From a virus (lineage: Duplodnaviria > Caudoviricetes): DNA of 64,000 nt. Shown one piece after another: positions 29,628 to 39,624 of the stretch (position 1 is its first letter; each line of letters begins with the position of its first letter). The notes beneath the pieces were generated by a model. The model had not been told where the DNA came from. It did not search any database and saw only the letters and a program-made list of their open reading frames with translations. The stretch covers positions 1-64,000 of IMG/VR virus record IMGVR_UViG_3300045609_000068; one strand, written 5' to 3'. The position numbers and the translations under genes were made by a program.

Positions 29628-29804
29628 CTTTTGTTGCTGTTTCTAATATATAGTCAGTTCTGCAACAAAAGGTGACGGTAAATGTCGTTTTTATTCGGAT
29701 TGACCGCGATTTTACCGATATTCCAAATTTTCCGAAATGTTGCAGGGAGAATATTTTCGGCACCCTCCATGTCCCCATTATCGACTATATAAAGGAAAAA
29801 GGAT

Positions 29805-31148
29805 ATGAGGAAAAGAACTGAGAATAATTCCCGCGGAGACTTTTTCACCAGTGACGCGCTGGTGGCAGAATACCGCATCGCCAAAAAGACCATTCAGGAA
29901 TACGTGAACGAAATAGTCCGCGATTCGCATTACAGATCAATCGTCAACCAGATAGACGACGGGGCGGTACTGGACGACAGGTCGCGCCTGATAGACCTTT
30001 ACGAGTCGGGGATGATTCAGGACGCACATGTAAGCGCGGTACTGGAGACGCTGTTCTCGTACATGACAGGCGAAAGGTATATGCTGTGTACAATGAACGG
30101 GGAAGGAAAACTCGAAAAGGACAAAGAGCAGTCGGAGAAGATACAGGGGCAGCAGTTCGAGAAAATCATCAAGGAGATTCTTTACTCGCAGTTCTTCGGA
30201 TATTCCGTGATAGAGATTAACCCGAAGGTGGACGAACTGACCGGGCACCTTGCCGAAATCAATTCCATCGAGCGGAGGAATATACTCCCCGGTCAGAGAA
30301 GGGTGGTACAGCGTTCGCACCAATGGGACCCGGGGTGGGATCTGGACGACGAGCAGTACGTACACCGTTACGCCCTGATCGATTCGGGAGGGCTTGGAAT
30401 GTTCGCCCCGATGACACCGCTTGTACTCTCGAAAAAATACACCATAGCCAACTGGGTCAACTTCTCCCACACATACGGCCAGCCGATTATCCATGGCAAG
30501 ACTTCGAGCGAGAGCAAATCAGACAGGCAGTATCTTGCGACGCAGATAGCCAACGCAGCGCAGAAGAAGGTGCTTGTGACAGGAAAGGACGACGAGATAG
30601 ACGTAAAGACGTTCACGATGTCCAACTCGGAGAAGATTTACCAGTCGCTTATCGACTTCTCAAACGCGGAGATAAGCAACCTTGTGCTGGGTTCGGAAAG
30701 TATGGCCGGCGCGACGCAGAGCTATGTCGGTTCCACCAAGGCGCATGAGGATATATTCCGTGCAAGGATAAAGACTTACAGACGCATCGTCGAGAACGAG
30801 ATGAACGAGAAAATCATCCCGCGCCTTGTCTATTGGGGCTTTCTAAAGCAGGGAGTTGTGTTCAAATATTCCAACCAGATAGAGATGTCGATGGACAACA
30901 AGATAAAGCTGTACGACATGCTGACAAACAAATACAAGATAGATTCCGATGTCATCGAACGGGAGTTCGGAATCACGGTCGGGGATCAGCTCAATGCCAG
31001 TTATTACGGCACAGGTGGCATTTCGGAAGACGGAGGTACGGAACCCGAATACGGTAATAGGATGTCCGACGAGGAATACCTGAAAAGATACGGTCATCCG
31101 CGTCAGGAGGCAAAAGTAAATTTTCTCCTAGGGGATGCACGTCCCTGA
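29805..31148 (+). CDS. Portal protein (DUF935 / Mu gp29-like)
   Basis: K......W..F...YGQP..HGKT and N.EISNLVLG.......G pattern; first gene of head module. Confidence 0.88.
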   Translation: MRKRTENNSRGDFFTSDALVAEYRIAKKTIQEYVNEIVRDSHYRSIVNQIDDGAVLDDRSRLIDLYESGMIQDAHVSAVLETLFSYMTGERYMLCTMNGEGKLEKDKEQSEKIQGQQFEKIIKEILYSQFFGYSVIEINPKVDELTGHLAEINSIERRNILPGQRRVVQRSHQWDPGWDLDDEQYVHRYALIDSGGLGMFAPMTPLVLSKKYTIANWVNFSHTYGQPIIHGKTSSESKSDRQYLATQIANAAQKKVLVTGKDDEIDVKTFTMSNSEKIYQSLIDFSNAEISNLVLGSESMAGATQSYVGSTKAHEDIFRARIKTYRRIVENEMNEKIIPRLVYWGFLKQGVVFKYSNQIEMSMDNKIKLYDMLTNKYKIDSDVIEREFGITVGDQLNASYYGTGGISEDGGTEPEYGNRMSDEEYLKRYGHPRQEAKVNFLLGDARP

Positions 31149-31159
31149 AGTGTGTCCCC
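31118..31159 (+). other. Candidate -1 programmed ribosomal frameshift signal
   Basis: In-frame heptamer A AAT TTT (31118-31124), 6-nt spacer, 10-bp stem 31131-31140/31150-31159. Confidence 0.7.
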
Positions 31160-31294
31160 GACGTAAAAGCGGAACTTACCGACGAGGAAAAGGAAAAGGA
31201 GAAAAAGGAATATTCCGACCTTTATGCCCTTTTCGTTGAACTTCTGAAAAATCTGAGGAACGCGGACAGCAGGGAAGACGCGCTGGAGGCGATT

Positions 31295-32029
31295 ATGAGT
31301 CTTCGGGCAGACCTTGCCGTATCTCATGCCTTCAAAGGTTTCCACATGGACGAGGACGAGGCACTCGATCTGCTTAAAAGGGCGGACGACGAAATGCTCA
31401 CCAAGGACGAAAAGGACAAACGGGACAGACTTGTCGCGGCAGTGAGGAACCTCATCGACTTCGCCGTATGCGAGGAATACCAGCTGTACAAAAAGGTCAA
31501 GAAAAGATACGACGAGTTCGACGATGCGATTGACTATGACGAATACCCTGACGATTTTACGGACGACTGCGACGAATGGTGCAAGACGTATAACGACGCC
31601 TACGCCACGGTGGAAAACCACGACATAGAATACGCCATGGGCATCGCGCTCGCATGGATAGGGTATGGCGATAATGTATATCTCACCTACATGACGCAGA
31701 ACGACAACCGTGTAAGGCCGTGGCATTTCGCCTTGCAGGGGGAAACGTACACCAAGGACGATTTTCCCGCATGGATGATTCCGCCTATCGAGTGGGCCTG
31801 CCGATGCTTCCTAGTCCCGTCGTATGACGGTAACGCCAGCAAGGACATGAAACACGTGATGGCCAAGAAAGCGGCAAAGCCTAAGCAGCTTGACGGAATT
31901 TTCAGCGAGAGCGTGGCGAAATGCGGAAGAATTTTCTCCGCGTCGCATCCGTACTTCAAAGTTGACAAGGAAGACAAATCCAGACTGGGCGAAATTGCAG
32001 ACAAACTGAAAGGGAAATATTATGTATAA
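31295..32029 (+). CDS. Mu gpF / SPP1 gp7-like minor head protein (frame open back to 31061 without an ATG)
   Basis: Y.TQND.RVRPWH..L.G......PP..W.CRC motif. Confidence 0.88.
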   Translation: MSLRADLAVSHAFKGFHMDEDEALDLLKRADDEMLTKDEKDKRDRLVAAVRNLIDFAVCEEYQLYKKVKKRYDEFDDAIDYDEYPDDFTDDCDEWCKTYNDAYATVENHDIEYAMGIALAWIGYGDNVYLTYMTQNDNRVRPWHFALQGETYTKDDFPAWMIPPIEWACRCFLVPSYDGNASKDMKHVMAKKAAKPKQLDGIFSESVAKCGRIFSASHPYFKVDKEDKSRLGEIADKLKGKYYV

Positions 32030-32750
32030 TGACGCACCGAAATGGTTCAGAGGGTACGAGAGGTACTTTTCGAGAGGGCTGTACCCAAGTTTAAAGGCGA
32101 AAGGAACGGAAGATGGAGTTACCAAGTATTACAGAACCGCTCACGAAAGAAGAATATTCACTCCGATGAAGTATGATTCACGTCAGATGCGAGGAAGGTT
32201 CAGAAGTAATTCGACCGTTCTGACCCACACGCAATGGATGAATCAGATAAAGTTGCTCCCTGAAAAGATTACATCAAGAGCCATGAGTTTCGTTTCCGTC
32301 ATGAGTTACCGCGCACAGAAGATATTCCAGACTTCTTTCAGCCAGCAACGGTTTTACAGTTCCGACGGAGGTATATGGCAGCGTTTAAGTCCCGTAACAA
32401 TCAAGAAAAGGATGAAGAACGGGACATGGCCGGGCAGCATACTTCACGAAACTGGCGATCTGCTCAGGTCCATAACCGCTAGGGAGGCGGATCGGGAGGG
32501 CTATTATATCCATGCAAGAGTGTTTACGGACCCTAAAGCGTTCAGGTCACACAAGGACAACCGAGGGTTTTTCTGCTATGCAGGACTCCATAACAACCCT
32601 TCCGAAACCGATACGTACGGAAACAGCCGAACACACATCGTGCAAAGGCAGTTCATGGGCCATTCCACCTATTACACGGAGTTCGAGAACAAGATAATCG
32701 ACAAATATCTCTTTTACGACATCTTCCCGAAGATGATGTACAAAAACTAA
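32022..32750 (+). CDS. Phage virion morphogenesis (Mu gpG-like) protein
   Basis: W..LSP.T.K.......IL..TG.L..SI...YA..HN....RQFMG.S. Confidence 0.8.
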   Translation: MYNDAPKWFRGYERYFSRGLYPSLKAKGTEDGVTKYYRTAHERRIFTPMKYDSRQMRGRFRSNSTVLTHTQWMNQIKLLPEKITSRAMSFVSVMSYRAQKIFQTSFSQQRFYSSDGGIWQRLSPVTIKKRMKNGTWPGSILHETGDLLRSITAREADREGYYIHARVFTDPKAFRSHKDNRGFFCYAGLHNNPSETDTYGNSRTHIVQRQFMGHSTYYTEFENKIIDKYLFYDIFPKMMYKN

Positions 32751-32762
32751 CATTATTCGGAT

Positions 32763-33536
32763 ATGATTATAGATAAGAAAACAGGTTCCGTGATAAGCGG
32801 AAATACAAAAAGTACCTCTGCGAAAAGTACAGATACATCAACGACGGGCACGACAGTTCCCGTACAGGAATCCGAACCAAGCAGCGGAATCATAGAAGTC
32901 ACGAAAGCTATTCAGGCGATATTGAGGGGTGTAAGATGGGAGTACGGAAATTCGGAAAGCCCCCTCATCTTCAAAACCGTGCAATGGAACGACGGCCAGT
33001 TCGAACGTCTCATCCGAAAGGGAGGGAACACCGAGTTCGCCCTCGGACTTCCCGCAGCGTTCGTGCATTTCGTCGATACGTCATACCTTGTGTCGCAGCA
33101 GAGGATAGGGGAGGGCAGGGCGAAGCTCCGCATCCAGTTTGTCCTTAACCGCCTTAACAGCCATGATGCCGACCACGAGTTGGACCCGCTATATGTCACG
33201 CAGCGCATCGATCAGGAGATAGTCCTTCACAAAAGCGAATACGACTGCCTTTCGGAACGCTGCCAGATAGTATATTGGGATTTCCCCGAAAGCTGGGACA
33301 ACGGTATGCAGATGGGATGGCTCACATACGAGATATGGTTCAAGGAGACGAGTATATGGATAACGAGATTGAAGAAATACACCCATATAGTGATGCCTCC
33401 GTTCACCAACCACTCCGACCAGACTGCGGAAGCCAACGAGCATAACCACACCGATGCGGACCATCCACGGACTTACGACGAAGCCACGTCGTTCAATATT
33501 CCGGGAGAAACGGACGATACGGAAAGCGGAAATTGA
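32763..33536 (+). CDS. Putative neck/tail-terminator protein (Mu gp37-like)
   Basis: V..WN.Q and PAAFV.F pattern; position in module. Confidence 0.55.
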   Translation: MIIDKKTGSVISGNTKSTSAKSTDTSTTGTTVPVQESEPSSGIIEVTKAIQAILRGVRWEYGNSESPLIFKTVQWNDGQFERLIRKGGNTEFALGLPAAFVHFVDTSYLVSQQRIGEGRAKLRIQFVLNRLNSHDADHELDPLYVTQRIDQEIVLHKSEYDCLSERCQIVYWDFPESWDNGMQMGWLTYEIWFKETSIWITRLKKYTHIVMPPFTNHSDQTAEANEHNHTDADHPRTYDEATSFNIPGETDDTESGN

Positions 33537-33606
33537 CACAACAGGTAAATCGTACGAATGTAACCTTTTGAATGTCAGACAACTATATATAAGAAAAACA
33601 CAGTTT

Positions 33607-34851
33607 ATGGCAGAACAAAAGGAATTGAAATATGTGAAAGGCGAATACCGCAAGGGTTCGCCCGCAGACATGTACTTTTATGACGATGTGGACGACTGGA
33701 GCGTCAAGGATTTCTTATCGGAGTTCCAGTATCTGACCAATTATGTCGCCCCTTCCGTAATCAGGGTCCATATCATTTCATGCGGCGGCGTATGCGTGGA
33801 GGGCATAAAGGTATTCTCCATGATTCTCGGTTCGCAGATACCCGTAGAGACCATCAACGACGGCTTCGCGGCTTCCATGGCATCCGCTATCTGGGCGGCT
33901 GGAAGTGTACGCTATATGCGCGATTATGCAATCCTGATGATACACAACCCTTGGACGGACGAAGAGAACCCTTCCGCAGACACAGCCAAGATGACTGATT
34001 CGTTCAGGAACCAGCTATCTTTGATTTACAAGGAGCGGTTCGGGCTTGACGACAAGTCGGTCAAGGAAATCATGGACGGCAAGGACGGCGTGGACGGGAC
34101 ATGGTATACCGCCGAAGAATCCGTTACGGCTGGTTTCCTCGATGCAGCCAATGTCATCAAAACTTCGGGAGACGTATCGGAAAAGGTCGCTGCGTCGTTG
34201 AAGGGAATCAAGACGATGTACGCCAAAACCGACAAGAAGAACACAGAGATTGTGACAAATCTAATCAATAATATTAATCAAAAGAAAAGCGAAATGACAG
34301 AAAACGAGTTCAAAATGGTCGCCGCCCAACTGGGGTTCGACGATCAGAAATCGACAGGTGCCAATGTCACTGCAAGAATCAACGAGCTTCTCGACAAGGA
34401 GAAGAAGTTTGAGCAGATCAGCAATGACTTGAAGGGCGCTCAGGAACAGCTGAGCAAGGTAAGCACCGAATTGGAAGGTAGCAAGGCGTCAGTCACCAAT
34501 CTGACGAAAAGCCTTGATGAAGCGAAGGCTAGCCTGAAAACATATCAGGAGACCGAAAAGGAAAACATGCGCAAGCGCAATGAGGAGCTTGTGGATGCAG
34601 CCATTTCGACAAGCCGTATCGGGAAAGAATCACGCGAAACATGGTTGAAGATGGCAGAGGACAACTTCGACTTGGTTAAGCAGACTCTCGCAAGCATCCC
34701 AGCCGCAAAACAGTTGTCGGCAGAGATCGCCAAAGACCCCGAAAATCTGAAGGATGCCGAAAAGGGCAGACAAAGCGAGGAGGAAAAGGTTAAAGCAAAG
34801 GTAAAGGCAATTGTCGGTGACGACTTCAAACCGCTCACCCCTGAGTTCTAA
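33607..34851 (+). CDS. ClpP-like (S14) prohead protease with C-terminal scaffold region
   Basis: S.GG.C.EG, AASMAS (Ser), MIHNPW (His), GTW.TAEE, then coiled coil; start reset to MAEQK. Confidence 0.9.
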   Translation: MAEQKELKYVKGEYRKGSPADMYFYDDVDDWSVKDFLSEFQYLTNYVAPSVIRVHIISCGGVCVEGIKVFSMILGSQIPVETINDGFAASMASAIWAAGSVRYMRDYAILMIHNPWTDEENPSADTAKMTDSFRNQLSLIYKERFGLDDKSVKEIMDGKDGVDGTWYTAEESVTAGFLDAANVIKTSGDVSEKVAASLKGIKTMYAKTDKKNTEIVTNLINNINQKKSEMTENEFKMVAAQLGFDDQKSTGANVTARINELLDKEKKFEQISNDLKGAQEQLSKVSTELEGSKASVTNLTKSLDEAKASLKTYQETEKENMRKRNEELVDAAISTSRIGKESRETWLKMAEDNFDLVKQTLASIPAAKQLSAEIAKDPENLKDAEKGRQSEEEKVKAKVKAIVGDDFKPLTPEF

Positions 34852-34877
34852 ACACAACAACACAAACACAAAATACA

Positions 34878-35924
34878 ATGGCAACATTCAATTTCAATCA
34901 AGGAGCACAGGACTATACGGGTGAAGTCCTGAATGATGTCCTCACTTACGACATCAGGGAAAACGAGACCTACAAACAGGGCCTTATCCATATACACCCC
35001 GGTATTCAGAAGCGTTTCACCATCCCTACCATGCAGGTAAGCGGTATCATTCAGGATCACAAGGAAACTCCTGATACGAGCAAGGGAGATGTCAAGTTCA
35101 CACACCGTTATCTGGAGCCTTCCGACTTCATGATTTTCGTTCAGTTCAACCCACGAAACTTCGAGCTGTATTACAAGGAGTTCCAGCCTGTCAACGAGTT
35201 GATTATGCGCGAGCTTAACCCGAGCATTCAGATGAAGATGATACGCGCCATCCTCCAGCTGAAGGGTTCATATATCGACGATTCAATCTGGCAGGGCGCA
35301 AAGACTGCCACCGCAGCAAAAATCATGGACGCGGCAGGTGCGGCACAGACCACCATCGGCGGTTCCGACGACGCAGGTGACATGAAGTATTTCGACGGTG
35401 CAATCGCACGTATGCTTGCCAACGCAGCAGCAGCCGACACAACCGAAGACGCTCTCGGAGGTAAGATTACCACCGCAGGAACTGGCACGTTCGCTAACGG
35501 TGAAGCAGTACAGACCGAAATGTACAACATGTGGCAAAAATGCCCGTCCACAACCCGCCGCAAACCGGGTCTGAAATGGCTTGTAGATGATGAGACTTGG
35601 GACAAGTACGACCAGTATCTGTCAAGCCAGGTATTCAAATACGTGGACAACCGCAGCGAGAACGAACTGAGATTCAAAGGCAAACCAATCATCGCCCTTT
35701 CTTCTCTCCCGAAGGACACTATCATCCTCGGTAACTTCACCAGCGGGCTGGATTCCAACCTTTGGATGGGTGTTGACTACGCCAACGACGAGAACGTCCT
35801 CCAAATCGAAAAGTGGCGTCCAGAGTCCGAGCTTTGGTTCCTCAAGATGTTGCTCAAGATGGATGTCAACATCGTGAAACCAAAGGAGATTATCGCCCAC
35901 ATTCCATTCTCTTGGAAGGCTTAA
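34878..35924 (+). CDS. Major capsid protein
   Basis: 348 aa directly after the protease, followed by a hairpin; size and context fit. Confidence 0.8.
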   Translation: MATFNFNQGAQDYTGEVLNDVLTYDIRENETYKQGLIHIHPGIQKRFTIPTMQVSGIIQDHKETPDTSKGDVKFTHRYLEPSDFMIFVQFNPRNFELYYKEFQPVNELIMRELNPSIQMKMIRAILQLKGSYIDDSIWQGAKTATAAKIMDAAGAAQTTIGGSDDAGDMKYFDGAIARMLANAAAADTTEDALGGKITTAGTGTFANGEAVQTEMYNMWQKCPSTTRRKPGLKWLVDDETWDKYDQYLSSQVFKYVDNRSENELRFKGKPIIALSSLPKDTIILGNFTSGLDSNLWMGVDYANDENVLQIEKWRPESELWFLKMLLKMDVNIVKPKEIIAHIPFSWKA

Positions 35925-35936
35925 TTAACCAGTACG

Positions 35937-35959
35937 GAGGGAATTGAACATTCCCTCCT
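35937..35959 (+). terminator. Hairpin after capsid gene
   Basis: GGAGGGAAT-TGAAC-ATTCCCTCC, no long T tract. Confidence 0.5.
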
Positions 35960-35976
35960 ACATAAAACACACAAAT

Positions 35977-36243
35977 ATGCCAAGAAGTAAAACTGACAAT
36001 TCAGAGCAAGTGACTGACATCGACAAAGCCAATGAAACTATCGCCAACGCGGGCAATAATGCCGACGCAGCAGAAACGGCAGTTGACGCCAAAGCCGACT
36101 CTAAAGTTGACAAGGTTCTTAAATGCTTTCCGCATTACGAACAAGCATACGTGAGCGAAGAAGGGTTCCTTTACCCTAAAGACGCTCCCGAATATCAGCG
36201 AGGCAATGCCAAGCTGTACAAAAACAAGTATTTCAAAAAGTAA
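35977..36243 (+). CDS. Small structural-module protein
   Basis: ORF from MPRSKT between capsid and sheath genes. Confidence 0.65.
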   Translation: MPRSKTDNSEQVTDIDKANETIANAGNNADAAETAVDAKADSKVDKVLKCFPHYEQAYVSEEGFLYPKDAPEYQRGNAKLYKNKYFKK

Positions 36244-36249
36244 AATATT

Positions 36250-37599
36250 ATGCCGACAAACACAAAATTAGGTGGTGTATTCACCACCGATCTTGACAAT
36301 AACATTGGTGGAACTGTGAACGTCTCTACTGAAAACGTATGCGGAATCATCTTCGACACCAAGATTGTGGGCGGTTTGGCAACAGCACTGGGCACTGGTA
36401 CCACTGCTGCTACGAAATTCGCCAATGGAGCCGTAGTCGAGCTTAATACCTCCAAGGACGTTGAATCCGCAGGTATAGACGCCACGGTCATGAGCGGTCT
36501 CCCGTTGCACCATCTGAGTAATTTCTTTACTCTTGCAGGGGAAAACCAACGTATATTCGTCTCTTTCATGGACTCGACTACCGACACGAACTTCGAGGCC
36601 GTCGAGAAGATGGTATTGGCTGCAAACGGTATCATATACCAGATTGGTGTATGGACGGGTGAAGCTTTATGCAAGAAGACCGATTCCACTGTCACTATCG
36701 TTGACGGAGGCATCCTTTCCAAACTTCAGGCACAGGCCGAAGTAGTGGGAGGAAAAATCGGGCACGTCAACTACGACGGGAACGCGCCTATAAACATTCT
36801 GGTGAATGCCCCTATCGTTACGGATGCAACGTTCGATGTGGCTTCACTCCCTGACATGTCATCGCTGAACCTGCCAAAGGTTTCCGTGATTCTCGGACAG
36901 CCGGCAACAGATGCGGTACATACGATACAGGCCGCTCTTGGCGGTATGTGTCCAGTGGGCAATGTCGGTGCAGCCCTTGCCTGCCTTGCAGTGGCACCTG
37001 CCGACATAAGCATCGGATGGGTCAAAGAGTTCAATCTGTCCAGCGTTATGACCAATGCGGAACTTGGATTCGGTAACTTGGACATAGATACCACATCGAA
37101 GGCATTCAAGGCTGATGCGGCATTTACGAACATCAAGACTCTCGGATATAGCGCACGCAACACCATCCATAGCAAGGGATATATTTTCCTTACGAATTTG
37201 GACGGAATCGAAAACGGTGTGTTCTTCTCCAGCGACCAGACGCTTAGCACTGGTGACTACAGGACTCTGATGCGTTGCCGTGTTATGCACAAGAGCCGCA
37301 GGTCTGTCAGAAAAGCCCTTCTTCCTTTCGTGAACCAGAGCGTGGAAGTTGATTCGACAACGGGCCAGCTTTCTTCATCCATGATTACGACATACCAGAA
37401 TGCAGTCTTGGCGGCACTTGACGACAATATGGTTGAACCTGGGACATCAGTTCCGCAGATTAGCGGACGTACATGCACTATCTCGTCCACACAGGATATC
37501 CTGACGAATGACGAATTGCAGATATCTTATAGCCTTGTACCAGTAGGATGCACTTCGGTCATCATGGTGACGGAGGGGTTTGTTACTTCTGTATCTTAA
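36250..37599 (+). CDS. Tail sheath protein 1 (DUF2586-like)
   Basis: QIGVWT, PKVSVILGQ, GDY..L...RVMHK.RR.VR.ALLP.VN; directly upstream of tube gene. Confidence 0.85.
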   Translation: MPTNTKLGGVFTTDLDNNIGGTVNVSTENVCGIIFDTKIVGGLATALGTGTTAATKFANGAVVELNTSKDVESAGIDATVMSGLPLHHLSNFFTLAGENQRIFVSFMDSTTDTNFEAVEKMVLAANGIIYQIGVWTGEALCKKTDSTVTIVDGGILSKLQAQAEVVGGKIGHVNYDGNAPINILVNAPIVTDATFDVASLPDMSSLNLPKVSVILGQPATDAVHTIQAALGGMCPVGNVGAALACLAVAPADISIGWVKEFNLSSVMTNAELGFGNLDIDTTSKAFKADAAFTNIKTLGYSARNTIHSKGYIFLTNLDGIENGVFFSSDQTLSTGDYRTLMRCRVMHKSRRSVRKALLPFVNQSVEVDSTTGQLSSSMITTYQNAVLAALDDNMVEPGTSVPQISGRTCTISSTQDILTNDELQISYSLVPVGCTSVIMVTEGFVTSVS

Positions 37600-37624
37600 C
37601 ATTTAAAAAGAAAGGACAATAAAA

Positions 37625-38122
37625 ATGGCAACATTAATAAATCACGTGGCCTATTCATGGTCAATGATACAGCTACAGACAAATCTTTCAGGCGAAAGCG
37701 AAAGTTCACCAATATTTGTTGACGCTACATCAATCACATGGAACTCCGACCGTAAGGTCGAGAACATCTACGGACTGGGCGGACAGCCAAGAGGACGCGG
37801 CTTCGGAAACGTCACTTACGAGGCATCAATCACTCTTCCTTACGCGACACAGGTTTCATTGAGGGACAAGTCTTCCGACGGGACACTGATGGGCCTTGGG
37901 GAGTTCAACCTCATCGTTTCGTTCCTCAACGACTTGGCGCAGAACGTGACAAAGGAAACGGTGACTCTTTCGGAGTGCTTCCTTAGCCAGAGCGGTATGC
38001 AGTCCAGTCAGGACGATACCTCCATCACCAAGGAGTTCGACCTCCATCCGTACCGAATCTTCAACCCGACGGTAGCCAACAACAAGAAGATGGGCTGGGG
38101 ACATGAGCTTTATGCTGGTTAG
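37625..38122 (+). CDS. Tail tube protein
   Basis: AYSWS.I, YGLG..P..RGFGN..YEASITL. Confidence 0.85.
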   Translation: MATLINHVAYSWSMIQLQTNLSGESESSPIFVDATSITWNSDRKVENIYGLGGQPRGRGFGNVTYEASITLPYATQVSLRDKSSDGTLMGLGEFNLIVSFLNDLAQNVTKETVTLSECFLSQSGMQSSQDDTSITKEFDLHPYRIFNPTVANNKKMGWGHELYAG

Positions 38123-38148
38123 TTTATACGACTGACTTCTTCCATATT

Positions 38149-38179
38149 TCCGGGGCGTTTCATACGTCCCGGTTTTTTT
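38149..38179 (+). terminator. Intrinsic terminator after tube gene
   Basis: CCGGGGCGT-TTCAT-ACGTCCCGG followed by T tract. Confidence 0.7.
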
Positions 38180-38249
38180 ATGATACCAATCGGCATACGT
38201 TTTTACTATATATATTAAGAACTTATGTTTCACATTAAATAGATTTAAA

Positions 38250-38693
38250 ATGGAAGAAAAAGTTAATGCTTCTAAAAGCACAAAGCAAGATGGAAACGGG
38301 CTTGCTTCACGGGTAATCCTGACAAATTCCAACGTGTCACTGTCTAATGAAATTAAAGAGCAGATCGCAGAGAAAATCGAGGACCTGAAGAAGTCCAAGA
38401 AACTGAAGCGTGTCTTCGCCATTGTAGTCAAGGGCGAGGAAGACGATGAAAAGCCTTTGTATATAGGCTACTTCAAACGCCCCAGCCTTTCATCGTTCTC
38501 GGCATGGCTCAACTTCGTACAGAAGGACACCGTTCAGGCTAACAAGATGCTTGCGCAGGATACTTTCATCGAGGGCGACAGAGACCTCATCGACGATGAC
38601 GACCTGTTCCTGTTCGGTTGTATGGCGCAGCTCACGAGCATTGCAGAATCCCGTAATGCGGATCTGGTAAAAGTTGCGAGCGTTGCAAAGTAG
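38250..38693 (+). CDS. Tail assembly chaperone (G-like)
   Basis: Follows tube gene; GYFKRP and ...DLVK C-terminal pattern. Confidence 0.75.
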   Translation: MEEKVNASKSTKQDGNGLASRVILTNSNVSLSNEIKEQIAEKIEDLKKSKKLKRVFAIVVKGEEDDEKPLYIGYFKRPSLSSFSAWLNFVQKDTVQANKMLAQDTFIEGDRDLIDDDDLFLFGCMAQLTSIAESRNADLVKVASVAK

Positions 38694-38719
38694 CAGACAC
38701 CGACACTTTCAGACAGCGC

Positions 38720-38884
38720 ATGATTTACATCCGCCATTATTTCCCCGGTGTCAAAATTGAGGAAATGTCCTTCGATGATTTTGCCATGCTGAGCGAGGAC
38801 GCTCTATGGATGCACAGTCAGACGCTGATGGTGCAGCAGGCAAATTCCTTGGGGATGCTAGGTGGAGTGAAACCGAAAAAATAG
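38720..38884 (+). CDS. Tail assembly chaperone T-like segment (not in ORF track)
   Basis: MIYIRHYFPGVKIEEMSFDDFA..; lies in the -1 frame of the chaperone, open from 38657. Confidence 0.65.
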   Translation: MIYIRHYFPGVKIEEMSFDDFAMLSEDALWMHSQTLMVQQANSLGMLGGVKPKK

Positions 38885-38914
38885 AGCGTGGCGGATTAAT
38901 TTCCGCCACGCTCT
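38883..38914. terminator. Bidirectional hairpin between convergent genes
   Basis: AGAGCGTGGCGGA-TTAATT-TCCGCCACGCTCT. Confidence 0.7.
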
Positions 38915-38922
38915 ATGTAATA

Positions 38923-39624
38923 TTACTGGTTTACCTCATCGCAAACTGGCTCCTCATTCTGTACATACCCCTTTTCCGTAAGCAATTTGCGGATAAAGTC
39001 GAGACCTTTCTGGAACACTACCGTCTGGTGGGCCACATTCCAAACCCCGTTCAGTACATACCCTTTTTCAATCACGTTGAAATACTTGCTTTCGATGTAT
39101 ATCTGACGAGGCAGATTTTCTATCGTGAGAACTTTTTCCAATCTAAGGAATTTGAACAGATTGTTTCTCCCTATATCTTTGAAGTTTAAGATTTTTGCGG
39201 CCTTTTCCATGCTGATTGCACGTTTGCTATGGACTACCGCATCGTAGAAGTCAACCTTTTCGGCATCGGACTTTATCTTCTCTTTCTGCTTCTTTATCGT
39301 TTCGGACTGCTTTTCAATCACATGCTGCTTATGGTCGATCACAATTTTCTGCTCCTTGTTCTCGATGGCAAGTCTCTGACGCTCCTTTTCCTCTCCAATC
39401 CAGCACTCGGCACGTTTGATACGGTCGTCTATCTGATAGGAAGGTGTGTCCTTTTCTTTCAGCTTCTTTTCACATTCAATAAAATAGAGCCTTGCTTGTT
39501 TCCCTCGTTCCGATTGAGACATCATAGAAATTTCCTTTGCAGCGTCAATAGTCAACACGTATTCTATTTTATTATTTCCGCCCCTTCCTGTCTCTTTGTT
39601 TTGCTCGCCCAAAAGGGCGAGCAA
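38923..39624 (-). CDS. AntA/AntB antirepressor with KilAC domain, apparently 5'-truncated
   Basis: GRGGNNKIEY.LTIDAAKEISM...G.QAR.YF..CE; TTG start with in-frame TAA two codons upstream. Confidence 0.75.
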   Translation of the reverse strand: MLALLGEQNKETGRGGNNKIEYVLTIDAAKEISMMSQSERGKQARLYFIECEKKLKEKDTPSYQIDDRIKRAECWIGEEKERQRLAIENKEQKIVIDHKQHVIEKQSETIKKQKEKIKSDAEKVDFYDAVVHSKRAISMEKAAKILNFKDIGRNNLFKFLRLEKVLTIENLPRQIYIESKYFNVIEKGYVLNGVWNVAHQTVVFQKGLDFIRKLLTEKGYVQNEEPVCDEVNQ

